This document shows positions 62,431-64,000 of a stretch of DNA of 64,000 nt, one piece after another. The notes beneath the pieces were generated by a model. That model had not been told where the DNA came from. It ran no database searches and worked only from the letters and a program-made list of their open reading frames with translations. The stretch comes from a virus (taxonomy: Duplodnaviria > Heunggongvirae > Uroviricota > Caudoviricetes). Location: the IMG/VR virus record IMGVR_UViG_646311924_000007, positions 33,898-97,897 of that record; one strand, written 5' to 3'. The stretch's first letter is position 1; each line of letters starts with the position of its first letter. The translations under genes were made by a program, and so were the position numbers.

Positions 62431-63282
62431 TTATTGCGCGCTTTCGGGGTTGTCGTTTACTGGCTGCCCCTTCTTGGTTTTACGGCTGCGCGCAACTGAT
62501 GCGGCTGACTTAACCTTTTTCTCTTCGCGAGTGATGGCAATTTGTTTTTTTACATTTTCAATATCTGCCAGGCGATATATTTTTGCCTGCGGCCAGCGGT
62601 CGCAGATGATCGGTTCTATAGAGTCATAAAGGCTAAATTTTGCTTTCTCGAATTCACCGTTGATGATGATTCCATCACGGAGAGTTTCATCGCAGATAAA
62701 CACACCACACAGCGGCACATGGTAACTAACTGATTTACCATCATTGTAGTTAGGGCTACTGGAAATGTAATGGACGCGCAGCATTGTTTCGCTAAAGCCG
62801 TGTACACGCATACGGAATTTTTCATCCTCCGGGTACTGCTTCATTAGCTCTTTTGTTGCTTCCAGGTTCTCTATGTATTTCGCACTGTGCTCATTGATCC
62901 CCGCGCTTTTCTGGATGCGAATGTCCTTATCAATCAGATGAATAATGCGGCCAGCGGTCATGTTGACGCTGTTCACAGCTTCTGTCTGATAAGTTGTAAC
63001 CTTACGCACACCGCGAAGGATGTTAGGCACTGGATATAAAATAGTCTTTGGGATATTGAGGTCTGGGTACTGTTCCAGTTCCCGCGCCATTAAAGTCCAT
63101 TTATCAATTTCAGCCTGAATGCTGTCCGTTTCTTTGAACGGCAGAACGACAACCGGGCGTACAGGACGACCGTCGCTGGCGGCATCAACGTGTTGGGCGC
63201 GTGCAACAGCTTTTTTTAGAAAGAGATCCCTGAAGCTGACGAACTCCTGGTACAGTTGTTCGCCGTAGACATAATTTATCAT
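62431..63282 (-). CDS. c1: C1 repressor of lysogeny (283 aa)
   Basis: 283 aa; MINYVYGEQLYQEFVSFRDLFLKKAVARAQ... is P1 C1 as I recall it; operators upstream. Confidence 0.9.
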   Translation of the reverse strand: MINYVYGEQLYQEFVSFRDLFLKKAVARAQHVDAASDGRPVRPVVVLPFKETDSIQAEIDKWTLMARELEQYPDLNIPKTILYPVPNILRGVRKVTTYQTEAVNSVNMTAGRIIHLIDKDIRIQKSAGINEHSAKYIENLEATKELMKQYPEDEKFRMRVHGFSETMLRVHYISSSPNYNDGKSVSYHVPLCGVFICDETLRDGIIINGEFEKAKFSLYDSIEPIICDRWPQAKIYRLADIENVKKQIAITREEKKVKSAASVARSRKTKKGQPVNDNPESAQ

Positions 63283-63375
63283 TGATCCTCCTCCAGAATT
63301 GACATGGCCAACAACTCACAGCGGATTACACTGGGAGTTGTTGGCCACCATTATAGAAGGATCCAACGAAAATAA

Positions 63376-63392
63376 TAGATTTATTAGTGCAT
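63376..63392 (-). promoter_or_regulatory. C1 operator-like 17-mer between coi and c1 (ATGCACTAATAAATCT core)
   Basis: Operator-like site abutting the coi stop codon, upstream of c1. Confidence 0.5.
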
Positions 63393-63602
63393 TTATTGTG
63401 AGTCTGGCTGGTTAGTGGCCATGAGATATTCGATTGTGTCAGTGAGATCATCCAGGTCGTCTTGGGTGATGCGGTACTCCTGATTGGATATCTTTGAGTA
63501 GTGTTCAGCAATGGCGCGGGCAGCGTCGGTTTCGGCAGGGTCTACAGATAAAGCGTTAGAGCAATGTCTAACGTCGTCGATGGTTGGTTGAATGAAAGCC
63601 AT
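63393..63602 (-). CDS. coi: Coi, C1 inactivator (69 aa)
   Basis: 69 aa as P1 Coi; located upstream of c1 on the same strand. Confidence 0.85.
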   Translation of the reverse strand: MAFIQPTIDDVRHCSNALSVDPAETDAARAIAEHYSKISNQEYRITQDDLDDLTDTIEYLMATNQPDSQ

Positions 63603-63840
63603 AATTATGCCTCACTGTATTGACAACACAGAGCCTGAAGCTCTGACCTACTGTTTCACCCATGATCCATGCTGGGGTAATCTAACAACATTGCGCTGTG
63701 TGTAAGATGAGCAATGCATAGCTGTAATGCCGTTGTATAAGGTTTCCCTGTTTGCTCATTTCCTTCTGAGCCGCTCTACAACGCTGAAGACACATTAAAT
63801 AGTGAATCCAAAGTCGTATTACGTAACGGCGGCAAAACTA

Positions 63841-63857
63841 TAATTTATTAGAGCAAT
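63841..63857 (-). promoter_or_regulatory. C1 operator 17-mer (inverted; ATTGCTCTAATAAATTA)
   Basis: 16/17 consensus match in the immC control region. Confidence 0.6.
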
Positions 63858-63923
63858 TGTCAAACAACTATGAAAAACAATCCAGTTTTTGGCTGGTGGA
63901 GTGGGATTTTTCTCTCAAAATTT

Positions 63924-63940
63924 ATTGCTCTAATAATTCT
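63924..63940 (+). promoter_or_regulatory. C1 operator-like 17-mer (ATTGCTCTAATAATTCT)
   Basis: 14/17 consensus; divergent pair with the 63841 site. Confidence 0.6.
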
Positions 63941-63983
63941 TGATTTTTATGCGTAGCTGGACGTAAACTCCTCTTCGGACCTA

Positions 63984-64000
63984 ATAACTTCGTATAGCAT
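63984..64000 (+). other. loxP: loxP recombination site, first 17 of 34 bp (window edge)
   Basis: ATAACTTCGTATA + GCAT matches the left arm and start of the spacer of loxP; anchored to the window end. Confidence 0.8.

Overview
This 64-kb window is one contiguous segment of a P1-family temperate phage-plasmid, colinear with roughly the right-hand half of the phage P1 map and ending inside loxP. Gene identities come from motifs and protein sizes I recognise; no database search was run, and hand-placed non-ORF coordinates may be off by 1-2 nt. Backbone, left to right: 3'-truncated sit (tape-measure/transglycosylase) and upstream morphogenesis genes; immI (C1 operator, c4-like RNA, icd, ant, kilA, repL); virion genes; parS-parB-parA; incA iterons, repA, incC iterons/oriR; spanin-like pair; uhr-hrdC-dmt; four tRNA(-like) genes; upl-plp; ban (DnaB); baseplate cluster; ppp; about 20 small early ORFs; humD-phd-doc-lpa-pacA(pac)-pacB; immC (c1, coi); loxP. 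About 15 copies of the 17-bp C1 operator motif ATTGCTCTAATAAATTT are scattered through the window. Features that depart from a plain P1 backbone: (1) a 341-aa LAGLIDADG intein inserted exactly between Pro and Cys of the catalytic PCQ motif of the C5-methyltransferase domain of Dmt; (2) a second c4/icd/ant-type antirepressor module between pacB and c1, cut off from its start codon by an IS629-like element; (3) a second, inverted IS629-like copy disrupting a glycosyltransferase-like gene; (4) a two-gene cassette (T5orf172/GIY-YIG-like protein plus unknown partner) with its own terminator between incA and the par operon; (5) an ORF-free ~0.75-kb tract of three repeated hairpin units beside the tRNA cluster. 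No CRISPR array, rRNA, integrase or reverse transcriptase was found.
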